Of a stretch of DNA of 64,000 nt, positions 7,453 to 18,300 are shown piece by piece. Position 1 is the stretch's first letter; the number at the start of each line of letters is the position of its first letter. Below the pieces are notes generated by a model. That model made no database searches and was not told the origin of the DNA. It saw only the letters and a list, made by a program, of their open reading frames with translations. The position numbers were made by a program, and so were the translations under genes. This DNA is from Desulfobacterales bacterium (GTDB taxonomy: Bacteria > Desulfobacterota > Desulfobacteria > Desulfobacterales > UBA2245). The stretch spans positions 1 through 64,000 of the forward strand of contig JAXGZF010000012.1 in assembly GCA_040771865.1 (NCBI GenBank), in the 5' to 3' direction.

Positions 7453-7851
7453 ATGAATCCAGACACGGCCTTTGAACGTTGGTTCGAATCCATGCCGGTC
7501 GCGCATCGCGGCCAGTTGTGTCTGCTCTTTTTCTTTCTGACGGGGGAGCGGACCGATGATTTTTTTCTGTCGGACGAGGAGGCCCTGCGACGCTTTTCCC
7601 TGTTCTGCACCCGGCCCGATTTTCCGGTGCGCCGGGTTGCCCGGCTGCTGCTGATCCGGGCGGTTTTCAGTTTTGTTCTGCGGACCGAGGATGTTGAGCG
7701 GTTTCTGGAACTCATGCCCGGTTCCATGCGTTCGGAGGCCGTTCCGATCGAAGGCTTCCAGTGGCTGCGCACGCTCAGGGCCTGGGACCGGCTCTGCAAG
7801 ACCGGACTGTCCGACGAAAGCCTCTACAGATGGCTGGAATCGATTCAATGA
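7453..7851 (+). CDS. Hypothetical protein
   Basis: ORF translationally coupled (ATGA overlap) to the next gene. Start is uncertain. Confidence 0.55.
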   Translation: MNPDTAFERWFESMPVAHRGQLCLLFFFLTGERTDDFFLSDEEALRRFSLFCTRPDFPVRRVARLLLIRAVFSFVLRTEDVERFLELMPGSMRSEAVPIEGFQWLRTLRAWDRLCKTGLSDESLYRWLESIQ

Positions 7852-8783
7852 ATCAAAATTACTGCCCCGATGTCTTTGCAGTGCTGGTGACGTACAATCC
7901 CGACAGGCAGGTGCTCAGTGCAACGCTGAGGGCTGTATGGGATCAGGTGGCAAAGGTCATTATTGTGGACAATGCTTCCTCGGATTTTCCATTGGACGTG
8001 CTTGGCATGCATGAGGGCCGGCGTTCCGCGGAACTGCATCTGGTCCGGCTCGAAAAGAATCTGGGAATCGCCGCTGGTCTGAATGTCGGCATTCGGCAAT
8101 CCATTGCGCGGGGTGCGGAATTGGTGCTGCTTCTGGATCAGGATAGCCAGGCTGCGCCGGATATGGCGGCCAGGCTGCGATGCGCATACGACGCTCTTCG
8201 GCGTAAAAATGTCCGCGTGGCGGCTCTTGGGCCCCGTTACTGCGACCCGGACGGCGGGGCATTGTCGGGTTTTGTCCGTGTCGGGCGCGCGTGTTTCGTT
8301 CGTCGGGAGCGCGACCGGAACGGCGAGGCCGTGGAAGCGGATTTTCTGCTTTCCTCCGGATCCCTGCTTCCGGTTGAGGCCCTCTGTCGGACGGGGTTGA
8401 TGGATGAGGGCCTTTTTGTCGACCGTGTGGACATGGAATGGTGCTTTCGCGCCAAATTCCTGGGGTTTCGGATTTTTGGCGTCGGCGATGCATTCATGAC
8501 CCATGCGTTAGGTGACCGGCGCAAAGTGATCCGGTTTTTTCGCAATCGAACCGTTCCGTTCCACAAGCCGTTCCGGTATTATTATATTTTTCGCAACAGC
8601 CTGCTTCTGTATCGCCGCGCTTACATGCCCTTGGGCTGGAAGATCGCGAACGCGTTCCTTTGTCTGAAAACCGCGGTCTTTTTCGGGCTGGCGGGGGAAA
8701 ACCCCCTCGCCTGCCTGAAAATGATGGGGCTTGGCATTCTTGACGGTCTGAGGGGCGTTTCCGGAAAAAGCGACCGGTTTTGA
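7848..8783 (+). CDS. GT2 glycosyltransferase, rhamnosyltransferase-like
   Basis: 'VLVTYNP', 'IVDNAS', 'NLGIAAGLN.G', 'LLLDQDS', 'SSGSL', 'MDEGLFVD.VD.EWCFRA', 'RYYYIFRN'. Confidence 0.9.
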   Translation: MNQNYCPDVFAVLVTYNPDRQVLSATLRAVWDQVAKVIIVDNASSDFPLDVLGMHEGRRSAELHLVRLEKNLGIAAGLNVGIRQSIARGAELVLLLDQDSQAAPDMAARLRCAYDALRRKNVRVAALGPRYCDPDGGALSGFVRVGRACFVRRERDRNGEAVEADFLLSSGSLLPVEALCRTGLMDEGLFVDRVDMEWCFRAKFLGFRIFGVGDAFMTHALGDRRKVIRFFRNRTVPFHKPFRYYYIFRNSLLLYRRAYMPLGWKIANAFLCLKTAVFFGLAGENPLACLKMMGLGILDGLRGVSGKSDRF

Positions 8784-8917
8784 TTTTGGATCGGTAAATG
8801 ATTTATCCTTATTGAGCTTTCTGCTCCTGCCGAGTAAAAAGAATCAAGGACGAGGTTAAAAAAGGAGTATTAAAATATTGTGATGGGGTGTCGGGAGATG
8901 GCTGGAAGGTCATTGCG

Positions 8918-9640
8918 ATGATCAGTTTCTGCATTGCCACATGTAATGGCGGAGCTTATATCAAGCAACAGCTGGAATCCATTTTAAGTCAATTGAGCGG
9001 GAACGATGAGGTAATCGTTTCTGATGACAGCTCGACGGATGATACAATTGAAATTGTCAATTCACTCAATGATCATCGCATCAAGCTTTTTATGGATCAA
9101 AAATACGGAACCCCGATACAAAATTTTGAAAATGCGCTCAGGCACGCCAGTGGAGATATCATTTTCCTGTCCGATCAAGATGACGTCGCGTTGCCGGGAA
9201 AGGTCGATGCAATGACGGCCGCGTTAAGATTGGCCAATCTTGTGGTATCGGACTGCAAGGTCGTTGACGCTCAACTTGACACGCTTCACGAATCTTTTTT
9301 TTTATTTCGAAATTCCGGGCCCGGTTTATTGAAGAATCTCATAAAAAATACCTATCTTGGCTGCTGCATGGCTTTTGACCGAAAGGTGCTTGATGCCGCC
9401 CTCCCTTTTCCGCAAGGCATTCCGATGCATGACTGGTGGATTGGCCTGGTGGGGGAACGGGTGGGCAAGTGCATCTTTATTCAGGAACCATTGACGCTTT
9501 ATAGAAGACATGGCGGCAACGCATCTCCTGCTGCTGAAAAGTCTTCCGCCTCAATCGCGACAAAGCTCAGGTGGAGGTATTGCCTGGTGAAAGGTTTAAT
9601 TCAAAAAAGAACACAGCTGCGTTGGATTTCGCGGTGCTGA
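8918..9640 (+). CDS. GT2 glycosyltransferase
   Basis: 'IATCNG..YI.QQL.SIL.Q', 'SDDSSTD', 'FLSDQDD', 'HDWWI', 'YRRHG.N'. Confidence 0.9.
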   Translation: MISFCIATCNGGAYIKQQLESILSQLSGNDEVIVSDDSSTDDTIEIVNSLNDHRIKLFMDQKYGTPIQNFENALRHASGDIIFLSDQDDVALPGKVDAMTAALRLANLVVSDCKVVDAQLDTLHESFFLFRNSGPGLLKNLIKNTYLGCCMAFDRKVLDAALPFPQGIPMHDWWIGLVGERVGKCIFIQEPLTLYRRHGGNASPAAEKSSASIATKLRWRYCLVKGLIQKRTQLRWISRC

Positions 9641-10392
9641 AGATATCAATTATCACCGTTGTACTGAATAACAGCAAATGCGTTGAGGATTGCATTCAAA
9701 GTGTGATCGGGCAGACCTATCCTGACGTGGAATACATTGTTGTGGATGGCGGATCGCATGATGGAACGCTTGATATCATTAAGAAATATAATGACAAGAT
9801 AGCCAGATGGATCAGCGAACCTGACCGGGGCATCTATGATGCAATGAACAAGGGCATTAAACTATCGTCGGGCGATATCGTAGGGATTTTGAATTCGGAT
9901 GATTTTTATGTCCGCAATGACGTTCTGAGCGACGTTATGAAGGAGTTTTCCGAGAAAAAAGTTGATTCCGTATTTGCCGATTTGCTTTATGTGAATCGAA
10001 ACAATACCGACAGGGTCGTCCGTTATTACAGGTCGTCTCGCTTCGCGCCCAGTAAATTTGCCTGTGGGTGGATGCCCGCACACCCCACTTTTTTTGTCAG
10101 GAGATCATGCTACGAAAAGTACGGGTTATATAAGACGGATTATAAAATCGCCGCCGATTACGAGCTTTTGGTCCGGTTTCTCGGCAGGTTTCATCTTTCA
10201 TACGCTTACCTGCCCAAAGTCATCATCAAAATGAGGAGCGGCGGCATCAGCACGGCAGGCCTCAAGAGCAACTGGATATTGAACAGGGAGATCATAAGGG
10301 CCTGTGAAGAAAATGGCATCAAAACGAACATTTTCAAAGTGTTTTCAAAATATCTTGTCAAGTTCTTGCAGCTTTTTGAGCGGCCCGAGTAA
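9634..10392 (+). CDS. GT2 glycosyltransferase (WcaE-like)
   Basis: 'KISIITVV', 'VDGGS.DGT', 'SEPDRGIYDAMNKG', 'LNSDD', 'HPTFF', 'IAADYE'. GTG start overlaps the previous stop. Confidence 0.9.
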   Translation: MLKISIITVVLNNSKCVEDCIQSVIGQTYPDVEYIVVDGGSHDGTLDIIKKYNDKIARWISEPDRGIYDAMNKGIKLSSGDIVGILNSDDFYVRNDVLSDVMKEFSEKKVDSVFADLLYVNRNNTDRVVRYYRSSRFAPSKFACGWMPAHPTFFVRRSCYEKYGLYKTDYKIAADYELLVRFLGRFHLSYAYLPKVIIKMRSGGISTAGLKSNWILNREIIRACEENGIKTNIFKVFSKYLVKFLQLFERPE

Positions 10393-10400
10393 ATGAGGCC

Positions 10401-11408
10401 TTGATGAAGCAAGATATGCGCATCCTGGTTACCGGCGCGACAGGCGCGGTTGGACCGCGCGTGGTTGCAGCGCTTGTTGAATCCGGATTCAGGGTGCGCA
10501 CCTTCTCTCTGGATCCGCCGCCGCCGGGCCGATGGCCGGAAGGAGTGGATACGCGAAGCGGCGACATCACCGATTCCGTTGCCGTTGAATCGGCGATGCA
10601 GGGCGTCGATGCCGTCGTCCATATGGCCGCGCGACTTCACATTGCCGCCCCACTCCCAGAGCTTTGCTCCAGTTGCGAACGGATCAATGTCGGCGGTACG
10701 TCCAACGTCGTGGAGGCAGCCCGTCAGGCGGGCGTCGGAAGACTGGTCTTTTTAAGCACGATCGCCGTCTACGGCGCGTCTAACAGGAGCATTTTGACGG
10801 AGGATTCCACACCCCTTCCCGATTCGCTATACGCGCAAACCAAGCTTGATGCAGAGCGGATCATTCTGGCGGCCGCGCGTTCGGATGGAAGGCCTTTGGG
10901 AACGGTGCTGCGCTTGGGCGCTGTTTACGGCGCCGGGATCAAGGGAAACTACCGGCGGCTCTTGCTGGCCCTGGCGAAGGGCCGTTTCGTTTCCATCGGC
11001 CCGGGAACCAATCGTCGCACCCTTGTGTACGACAGGGATGTGGCCCGCGCGATCCTGCTGGCTTTACGGCACTCCAACGCCGCAGGCGGGGTCTTTAACG
11101 TCACGGACGGGCAATTCCACTCCATGAAGGCCATCATCGAAACTCTCTGCAATGCTCTTGGTCGAAGACCGCCGCGTCTGACGCTGCCCGCAGGTCCCGT
11201 TCGCGGCCTGGCGGGCTTTATTGAGGATGTCGCCCAGATTTTGGGTTTTCGTTCGCCCATCATGCGGTCTGTGATCGATAAGTACATAGAAGACGCGGCC
11301 GTGGATGGCCGGAAATTTTGCACACAGATCGGCTTTGCTCCAAAATATGACCTGGCGGCGGGCTGGCGGGAGACGGTGGATGAAATGAGGCTCTCAGGAG
11401 ACCTGTGA
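10401..11408 (+). CDS. NAD-dependent epimerase/dehydratase
   Basis: 'ILVTGATGAVG' Rossmann motif and YxxxK 'YAQTK'. Confidence 0.9.
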   Translation: MMKQDMRILVTGATGAVGPRVVAALVESGFRVRTFSLDPPPPGRWPEGVDTRSGDITDSVAVESAMQGVDAVVHMAARLHIAAPLPELCSSCERINVGGTSNVVEAARQAGVGRLVFLSTIAVYGASNRSILTEDSTPLPDSLYAQTKLDAERIILAAARSDGRPLGTVLRLGAVYGAGIKGNYRRLLLALAKGRFVSIGPGTNRRTLVYDRDVARAILLALRHSNAAGGVFNVTDGQFHSMKAIIETLCNALGRRPPRLTLPAGPVRGLAGFIEDVAQILGFRSPIMRSVIDKYIEDAAVDGRKFCTQIGFAPKYDLAAGWRETVDEMRLSGDL

Positions 11409-11499
11409 CTCAAGATTCGGCTCTCTGTCTTGAATCAACCTCCATGGTCGCTCAACACCGGATCGCCCTGCGTCGTCTGGCTGCATTTTTTTGCCGCCC

Positions 11500-12666
11500 T
11501 TACAAATTCCGGCTTCCAGCAACAAATGCCCGTTTGAACCAAAGCCAGAAGGACAGCGTGGCGCCGCCGGAAATCAGCGACATCACGCCGATGGCGGTGA
11601 TCTTGTCCGTCCAGTTCAGGGATATGATCCACATGGACAGGGCCCCGAGCATCATGAAGCTGAAGACAATCAGCGAGGAGGCGGTTCCGGAATCCCGGTC
11701 GATCTGTTCCAGAATCAGGTTGTTGCTGGGCGGGCGGCTCAATCCGTAGAAAAAGGCCATGACTCCCATGGGAAGGGCCAGGCTCCAGGGACCGTCGCGG
11801 CTGCCTGCCGTCAGCCAGGTTCCCGCGGCCAGAATGCCGACAAATCCGAAGGTGATGAGCCGTTCCGACGCAACATGGTGGGACAGGCGGGCGAAGGACC
11901 AAGAACCCGCCATCAGGGCTACCGCATTGAAGGCGAAAAAATAGCCGAAGGCCTGTTCGCTCAGTTTGAAACCGGAAATGTAGATGCTTGAGGAACTCGC
12001 GATAAAGGCGAACAGCGGCAGAGCCATGATGGCCATGGCCAGATTGAAACTGATGAAACGGCGGTTGCGAAACAGACGGACATAGCTTTCCAGAATTTGA
12101 GCGTCGCCCGCGTTGAAAATCTTGAGCGGCTCCGCCATTTGCCATACGCCCACAAAGGCGATTAATCCCAGTCCCGCCTGAACGGCAAAGATCCAGGGCC
12201 AGGAAAAAAAGGTCATGATCCATCCGCCGATGACCGGCGCCATCATCGGCGCCAGGGCCATGATGACGGCGATGTAGGCGATCACCCGCTCGCGCTGGCG
12301 GACGTCGAAAAGATCCTTGCAGATCGCCATGGAAAGGGCCGAAGCCGAGGCTGCGCCGACAGCCTGAAGGGCTCTGAAGCCGATCATCATTTCAACCCCG
12401 GACGACCCGGCGCACATCAGGCTGGCCGCCATGTAAATGCCGATGCCGGCCATCAGGGGGCGTCTTCTTCCGAACCGGTCCGAGATCGGGCCGTATGCCA
12501 GCAGAGACACGCAATAGGCGATAAAAAAAACGATCAGCGTCAGGTTGACCATCACCAGCGGCTGATTCCAGATTTTCTGCAGAAGCGGCAGGGCGGGCAG
12601 GTACATGTCGGTGGACAGCGCCGGAAAGGCGGCCAGCAAAGCGATCAGGGAGATTGTTTTTTTCAT
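11500..12666 (-). CDS. Bcr/CflA family MFS drug efflux transporter
   Basis: 'STDMYLPALP', 'GPISDRFGRRR', multiple TM segments. Confidence 0.92.
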   Translation of the reverse strand: MKKTISLIALLAAFPALSTDMYLPALPLLQKIWNQPLVMVNLTLIVFFIAYCVSLLAYGPISDRFGRRRPLMAGIGIYMAASLMCAGSSGVEMMIGFRALQAVGAASASALSMAICKDLFDVRQRERVIAYIAVIMALAPMMAPVIGGWIMTFFSWPWIFAVQAGLGLIAFVGVWQMAEPLKIFNAGDAQILESYVRLFRNRRFISFNLAMAIMALPLFAFIASSSSIYISGFKLSEQAFGYFFAFNAVALMAGSWSFARLSHHVASERLITFGFVGILAAGTWLTAGSRDGPWSLALPMGVMAFFYGLSRPPSNNLILEQIDRDSGTASSLIVFSFMMLGALSMWIISLNWTDKITAIGVMSLISGGATLSFWLWFKRAFVAGSRNL

Positions 12667-12801
12667 GCGGTTCCGTGATGACGCCACGCCGTGCCAGAAA
12701 AATAAAAGCCGCGCCGATGCGGATGCGTTTGCGCGGCTGAAACCATCATCAATGGGCTGTTCGAAGATCCTTCACTGCCGGATCCGGCAGTGAAGGGAGC
12801 G

Positions 12802-13248
12802 TTAAAGGGAGTTGATGATCATCTTGAGCTCTTTGATCAGCTCCTTGTTGTCCTTGAGAAATTCGATGCCGAGACCCGCTGTCGAAACGCGGGCTATTCT
12901 GCCGGTAATCTTGACGGGTACCGGGTACCGGGGCACCATGAAGGAAAGCGATATGGTTTCTCCGACCGGAAAAAGGTTATGGGTTTCGATAAACACGCCT
13001 CCGGCGCTGATGTCCTTGATAAAATCGCGAAAACAACGATCCCTGACGGCATAATCCACAGTCATGAAGTAAGGCTTTCGGGCATATTGACGCTGGCCTC
13101 CCTGCGGATCGGAAGCCGGAATTTCTTCTTCTTCCGCCGGCGCAAGCAATCCGTCATCGATCATCTCCAGCAGGCGCAGCTGCTGATCGGGTTGCATCGA
13201 TTTGATCTTGTTGATCAACTGTTCGACAACCGGAATTGTGGAATCCAT
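12802..13248 (-). CDS. PilZ domain protein
   Basis: RxxxR 'RQYAR' and DxSxxG 'DISAGG'; 'GLGIEF'. Confidence 0.88.
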   Translation of the reverse strand: MDSTIPVVEQLINKIKSMQPDQQLRLLEMIDDGLLAPAEEEEIPASDPQGGQRQYARKPYFMTVDYAVRDRCFRDFIKDISAGGVFIETHNLFPVGETISLSFMVPRYPVPVKITGRIARVSTAGLGIEFLKDNKELIKELKMIINSL

Positions 13249-13607
13249 TGTTTTCAGTCTCCCAGAGGAATGAATTATTGATATCATACACTAAAAAAAA
13301 ATTTGTTTTCTGTCAAAGAAAATCTATACTGTTTCATTTTTCCGAGCGTCGTAATTTCGTCTGCCTCATTAACACGCCGGATTTTGGAATAGTTTCTGAA
13401 TCGGCCCGAAGGTTCGGCCGGATTTTGCGGTTTCCGGTTTTGTTTTGATCAAAGGCCGAAAATAGCATATCGTTTATACACGCGTCAGCATATCAGTCAT
13501 CAGGGGTAGAAGGCTGCATCCGGCTCTTTAGATTGTCTTGCGCTTCAGGAACGGGCGGTTTTGAAGAGACGCCGAATATGGAATTGGGGAATTTGAAAAT
13601 AACTCCG

Positions 13608-15350
13608 ATGCGCTTCGGAGTGTTTTTTTGTTTCTGGCTGTTCGTTTTTCCGGCAACGGTCCTGGCTCAGGTGGAGCTGGAGGTGTCCGGCGTTGAAGGA
13701 AAAATTCTGGATAACGTCGAGGCGGCTCTGACCTTCCCATCCGGGCTGATTCAGGACAAAAAGGTGAATCTCCGGTGGCTGGAGCGTTTCCAGAAGACGG
13801 TTCCGAAGAAGGTTGCTTCCGCGCTGGAGCCTTTCGGCTATTACGAGTCTCAAACCACCACGGCCCTCACGGCGCTTTCCGAGAATCACTACCGCCTCAG
13901 CGTCCGGATTGATTCCGGTGCGCCGGTGAGAATACGGTCGGTCCGGGTTGATCTTCAGGGCGAGGGGGCGGGAAAAAAAGCGCTGGCGGAGCTGGCCGGC
14001 AGGTTTCCCCTTAAAACCGGCGACATTCTGAACCAGGAGGCCTATGAGGGCGCCAAATCCCGAGTTCGAGCCCGTGCCGTCGATCTGGGCTTTCTTGCCG
14101 CGGAGTACAGGGTTCACGAGATCAGAATTCACCGGGCCGAGCGCTGGGCCGAGATCGAACTGACGCTGGACACCGGCCCTGAGTTTCGGTTTGGTCCGGT
14201 GAGTTTTCAGGGGGCCCCTGCCTATCCGGAAGCGTTTCTGAAGAGATACCAGTCCTTTAAAACCGGGGATGTTTTTTCCTACGCCAGACTTGCTGAGACC
14301 CAGATGCAGCTTCTGGATTCGGACCGTTTCAAGGACGTTTCCGTTGTTGCGCGGGAAGATGCGGCTGTGGACCGGCAGGTTCCCATCGATGTGAACCTGA
14401 CCCCTTCGGCCAGAATCAGGCTGCGGCCGGGGATAGGCTACGGCACGGACACCGGGGCGAGGTTTTCGCTTCGCTACAAGGATCTGGACGTTTTTGAACT
14501 GGGCCATGAACTGACCGCCGATCTGCTCTTAGCCGAGCTGAAACAGACCGTTACGGCTGCATACATTATTCCGGACGCGCGGGATCTTCGGACCTATTCG
14601 GCCGTGCGGGCCGGCAGCATTCAGGAAGACCTCGACACCTACGAGACCCGGTCGTTATTTGTCGAGGTCGAGCATGTCCGGAATCTGGGCCGGGGACAGC
14701 TTGCATCGGTCTTTGTCCGTCTTCTGGAAGAAAATTCCAAGATCGGCGAGGTCGAGGATTTCGATTCCCGTATGCTTCTTCCGGGTGCGCGGTATTCCCG
14801 GCGCGGTTATCCGAGTCTCGTCCGTCCGAGAAAAGGATATTACTTTGGGCTTGAGGTTCGAGGCGCCCATGAAAACCTGGGGTCGGATACGAATCTTTTT
14901 CAGTGTCTGGCCTCAGGCAATTTTCTGATGCCCCTGCCGGGACGGTTTTCCCTGTTTGCCAGGTTCGAGGGCGCGGCCACGCTCTACGATGATCCGTTTT
15001 CATCTTTTCCCGCATCCCTGCGTTTTTTTGCCGGCGGAGACCAGAGTGTTCGGGGTTATGCGTATCAGTCCCTCGGGCCGAAGTCCGGCCAGGAGGTTGT
15101 CGGCGGCAAACACCTGGCTGTCGGCAGTCTGGAAATCGAGCACGCTGTCGGAAAGGACTGGGGCGTGGCTGTTTTCTATGATGCCGGAAATGCCTTTGAT
15201 TCGCCGTCCGAAATGGACCTGGCCCAAGGTGCGGGCATCGGCATCAGATACTATACGATGATCGGACCGATTAAAATCGATCTGGCCCGCCAGATGGATC
15301 GCGAGGATCCTTCATACCGGTTGCATGTGAGCATGGGGTTCGGATGGTAA
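13608..15350 (+). CDS. tamA: Autotransporter assembly factor TamA (Omp85 family)
   Basis: Signal peptide, POTRA-like region, 'GIGYGTDTG', 'RFFAGGDQSVRGY', C-terminal W. Adjacent to tamB. Start uncertain (13578 possible). Confidence 0.9.
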   Translation: MRFGVFFCFWLFVFPATVLAQVELEVSGVEGKILDNVEAALTFPSGLIQDKKVNLRWLERFQKTVPKKVASALEPFGYYESQTTTALTALSENHYRLSVRIDSGAPVRIRSVRVDLQGEGAGKKALAELAGRFPLKTGDILNQEAYEGAKSRVRARAVDLGFLAAEYRVHEIRIHRAERWAEIELTLDTGPEFRFGPVSFQGAPAYPEAFLKRYQSFKTGDVFSYARLAETQMQLLDSDRFKDVSVVAREDAAVDRQVPIDVNLTPSARIRLRPGIGYGTDTGARFSLRYKDLDVFELGHELTADLLLAELKQTVTAAYIIPDARDLRTYSAVRAGSIQEDLDTYETRSLFVEVEHVRNLGRGQLASVFVRLLEENSKIGEVEDFDSRMLLPGARYSRRGYPSLVRPRKGYYFGLEVRGAHENLGSDTNLFQCLASGNFLMPLPGRFSLFARFEGAATLYDDPFSSFPASLRFFAGGDQSVRGYAYQSLGPKSGQEVVGGKHLAVGSLEIEHAVGKDWGVAVFYDAGNAFDSPSEMDLAQGAGIGIRYYTMIGPIKIDLARQMDREDPSYRLHVSMGFGW

Positions 15351-18300
15351 AACGCATCGCAATCATCACGGCGGCATTGACGCTGCTTGCTGCCGCGGGC
15401 GCGGGAATCGGTCTGCGCTGGGTATTCGGAACGTCCCGGGGTTTGTTCTGGGTCATGGAAACCTTGTCCCGGTTGACGTCCGTTCAAATCAGCGCCGAAC
15501 ACATCGACGGCTGTCTGGGGTGTGAAACGATCGGTCTGAAAGCCCTTCGCGTCAAATGGCCCGGCGGATCGGCGATGGTCGATTCGGCGGGCCTGCGCTG
15601 GACTCCGGCAGACCTGATCAGAGGCCGCCTGCATATCGATTCGATAGACCTGAACAGGGTTGCGGTGAAGCTGCCGAAGACCCGAAAAACCGAATCGTCC
15701 GGATTTGCGTGGCCGAAAGCGACGGGGCCCGCCCTGCGCCTCGAGGCCGATATTCGAAGCCTGAAAATTTCTGAATTGGATCTGGAAACCGACGGACAAC
15801 CGGTTCGAGTGGACGATTTTTCCGCAAGACTGTCCTGGAAGCAGGGAGTGCTTTCCGCCGTCGATCTCGTGGCCGGAATGCCGGAGGTTCAGGTCAGGGG
15901 CCAGATCGCGGCGGGATTTGTGAAGCCCGCTCTGGATCTGAAGGCAAAGACTGTTTTGAGCCGTCCTGTTGCCGGTTTCGATGCCTTTTTGATTGATGCG
16001 AAAATCAAGGAGGGCGAAAAAACCGGCGCCTTTCCGGGCGCCTTGAATCTGATCGCCATCGCCGATGATGTCTCGAAAATGAAGGTTTCCGCCGAGCTGT
16101 CCCTCCTGGAAAACGGCCTTGAAATATTCGAGGCCCGGATCACCCGCCCTGGCGAGGGAACCATCGGAATTCAGGGAAAGCTCGACTGGGATCCCCTGTA
16201 TCTCGACATGCGGGCCGGAATCAGGGATCTGAACCTTTTCCCGGAAACCGGGGTGGTCACGGCTCTCAACGGCACGCTTGAGGTTCAGGGCGCTCCTTCC
16301 TCCTGGCGGGGGCATTTTTCGCTTCAGAACCAGGTCGAAAGCTGGCGCCGGGCCGAGGCGTCCGCCGGTTTTACCGGAAGCCTTTCCCAGATCACCCTGA
16401 CGGATGTAAAGGGGCGCTGGCTGGATGGAACCCTGGCCGGATCACTTGCCGTTGACTGGAATCGGCGAAGGGTGGAAACGGTTCTGAAAGGTCGGAATCT
16501 GGATCCTTCCGGGGCCGCATCCCGGTGGAACGGCCGGGTGAACCTGGATCTTTCCGGTTATCTGGTTCAGCCCGAAAGCGGACCGGTGCAGGCAGAAATT
16601 CAGGCAAAGCTTCTTGAAAGCGTGTTTATGGGCAAAAGCCTGACCGGCACGGTGGATGCCAGAATCGACGGCGACCGGGTCGATATTCGGCAGCTGGATG
16701 CATCGGGAGAAGGGTTTCGAGTATCTGCGGCCGGAAAACTCGATGAACGTCTAAACCTGAATATTCGTCTCGACGATCTCGGCCTGTGGGTTGAGGAGGC
16801 CCGGGGAAAGGTCGTCGCCGATGGATGGATCCGGCGCCTGAATGAGTGGATCGGCGGCGAGTTTCGTGCCCGGGGCGAGGCTCTTTTTTTTCAGGGGCTT
16901 TCGATCGACTCCCTGTCTCTGACCGCAGGGCGTGCCGATCCCCGCGGCGGTTTCACGCTGAAGGCCGGTGCCGCAAATATCCTCTATCGGAAAAACCGCC
17001 TTGAATCCTGCGAGCTCGGGCTGAAGGGCCAGCTTGAAGACCACCGCGGCAACCTGAACCTCAGGTGGCCGGCCGGAAACCTGAGGTTGAAGGCGGCGGG
17101 CGGTTTTCAAGACCGGGCCTGGTCCGGCTATGTCCATGATCTCTCGCTTCGGGGCGCGGTCCTGGGGGACTGGGCCCTTGAGGACCCGGTGAAAATACGT
17201 GCCGGTGCAACGGAGGTTTCTGTTTCCCGGACCCGTCTTTTGAGTTCAGGCCGCGAATCGGCGGTGCTGGACGGAACGTATTCGCGTTTATCCGGGCAGG
17301 GCTTTGTGAATCTGAAATGGCAGGATCTGAATCTTGCCCGTCTGGACGCCTGGGCGGCGCCGTTATCGGTTGGGGGAAAAAGTTCGGGAGCGTTTCATGG
17401 AACCCTGAAACCCGAAGGCAATTCGAGGATGGAGGGCGCCCTGGAGGCATCGGGAACCCTTGCCGCGGAAAAGTTTCCTTCGTCGGCATTCAGCGCTTCG
17501 GCTCAAATCCGCTGGAATGAGGAGGGGCTTGCGGCCGGAACCCGGATTCGCCTGGGGGAAGGCATGGAAATGACGGCCGGTTTCACCGGCCCGGCGCCGA
17601 CGGGTTTTGAGCCTCCCGAACAGGTGCGGATCGACGTCCGCTGGCAGGGCGTCGATCTTTCCATGGCCCGGCCCTGGCTTTCCGAGGCATTTGATGCCGA
17701 GGGACGGCTGTCCGGGGATATCTCGGGAACCTGGTTTTCGAATCAGGTACTGGATCTGAGCGGAAACGCGGCGCTCGAAGCAGGCCGCATTTCGTTTACC
17801 GCACCCGAGGCCGGAATCATCTCGGCGGAACTTCAGACCGCCCGGCTCAACTGGCAGTGGCGTAAGGATCATTTGAGCGGCGATATCCAGTTGACGCTGG
17901 CGGATTACGGTCATGCCCGGGCCGGTTTTCAAATACCGGTTCCAGCCGCTGTTCCGGTCCGGTTCAACGCCGATCTGCCGTTTGAGGCGACCCTTTCCTG
18001 CGGGATGAAGGAGCAGGGAATTCTAAGCGCCATTTTCCCCGGCCTGATTCAGGAAAGCCAGGGGGATCTGAACCTGAATGCGGAAATCGGCGGCACCCTT
18101 GAATCTCCGAAATATTTCGGAGTTTTTGAACTGGATCATGCCGGCGCTTATTTTCCGGCAGCCGGAATTCAAATCCAGGACGCCGGTCTTAAATCCCGGT
18201 TTTCAGAAGACCGCCTTGTGATCGAATCTCTGTTTCTGTCGTCGGGCAAGGGGCGGCTTCAGGGCGAGGGTGAGGTTCGGCTGGATCACTGGCGCATCGG

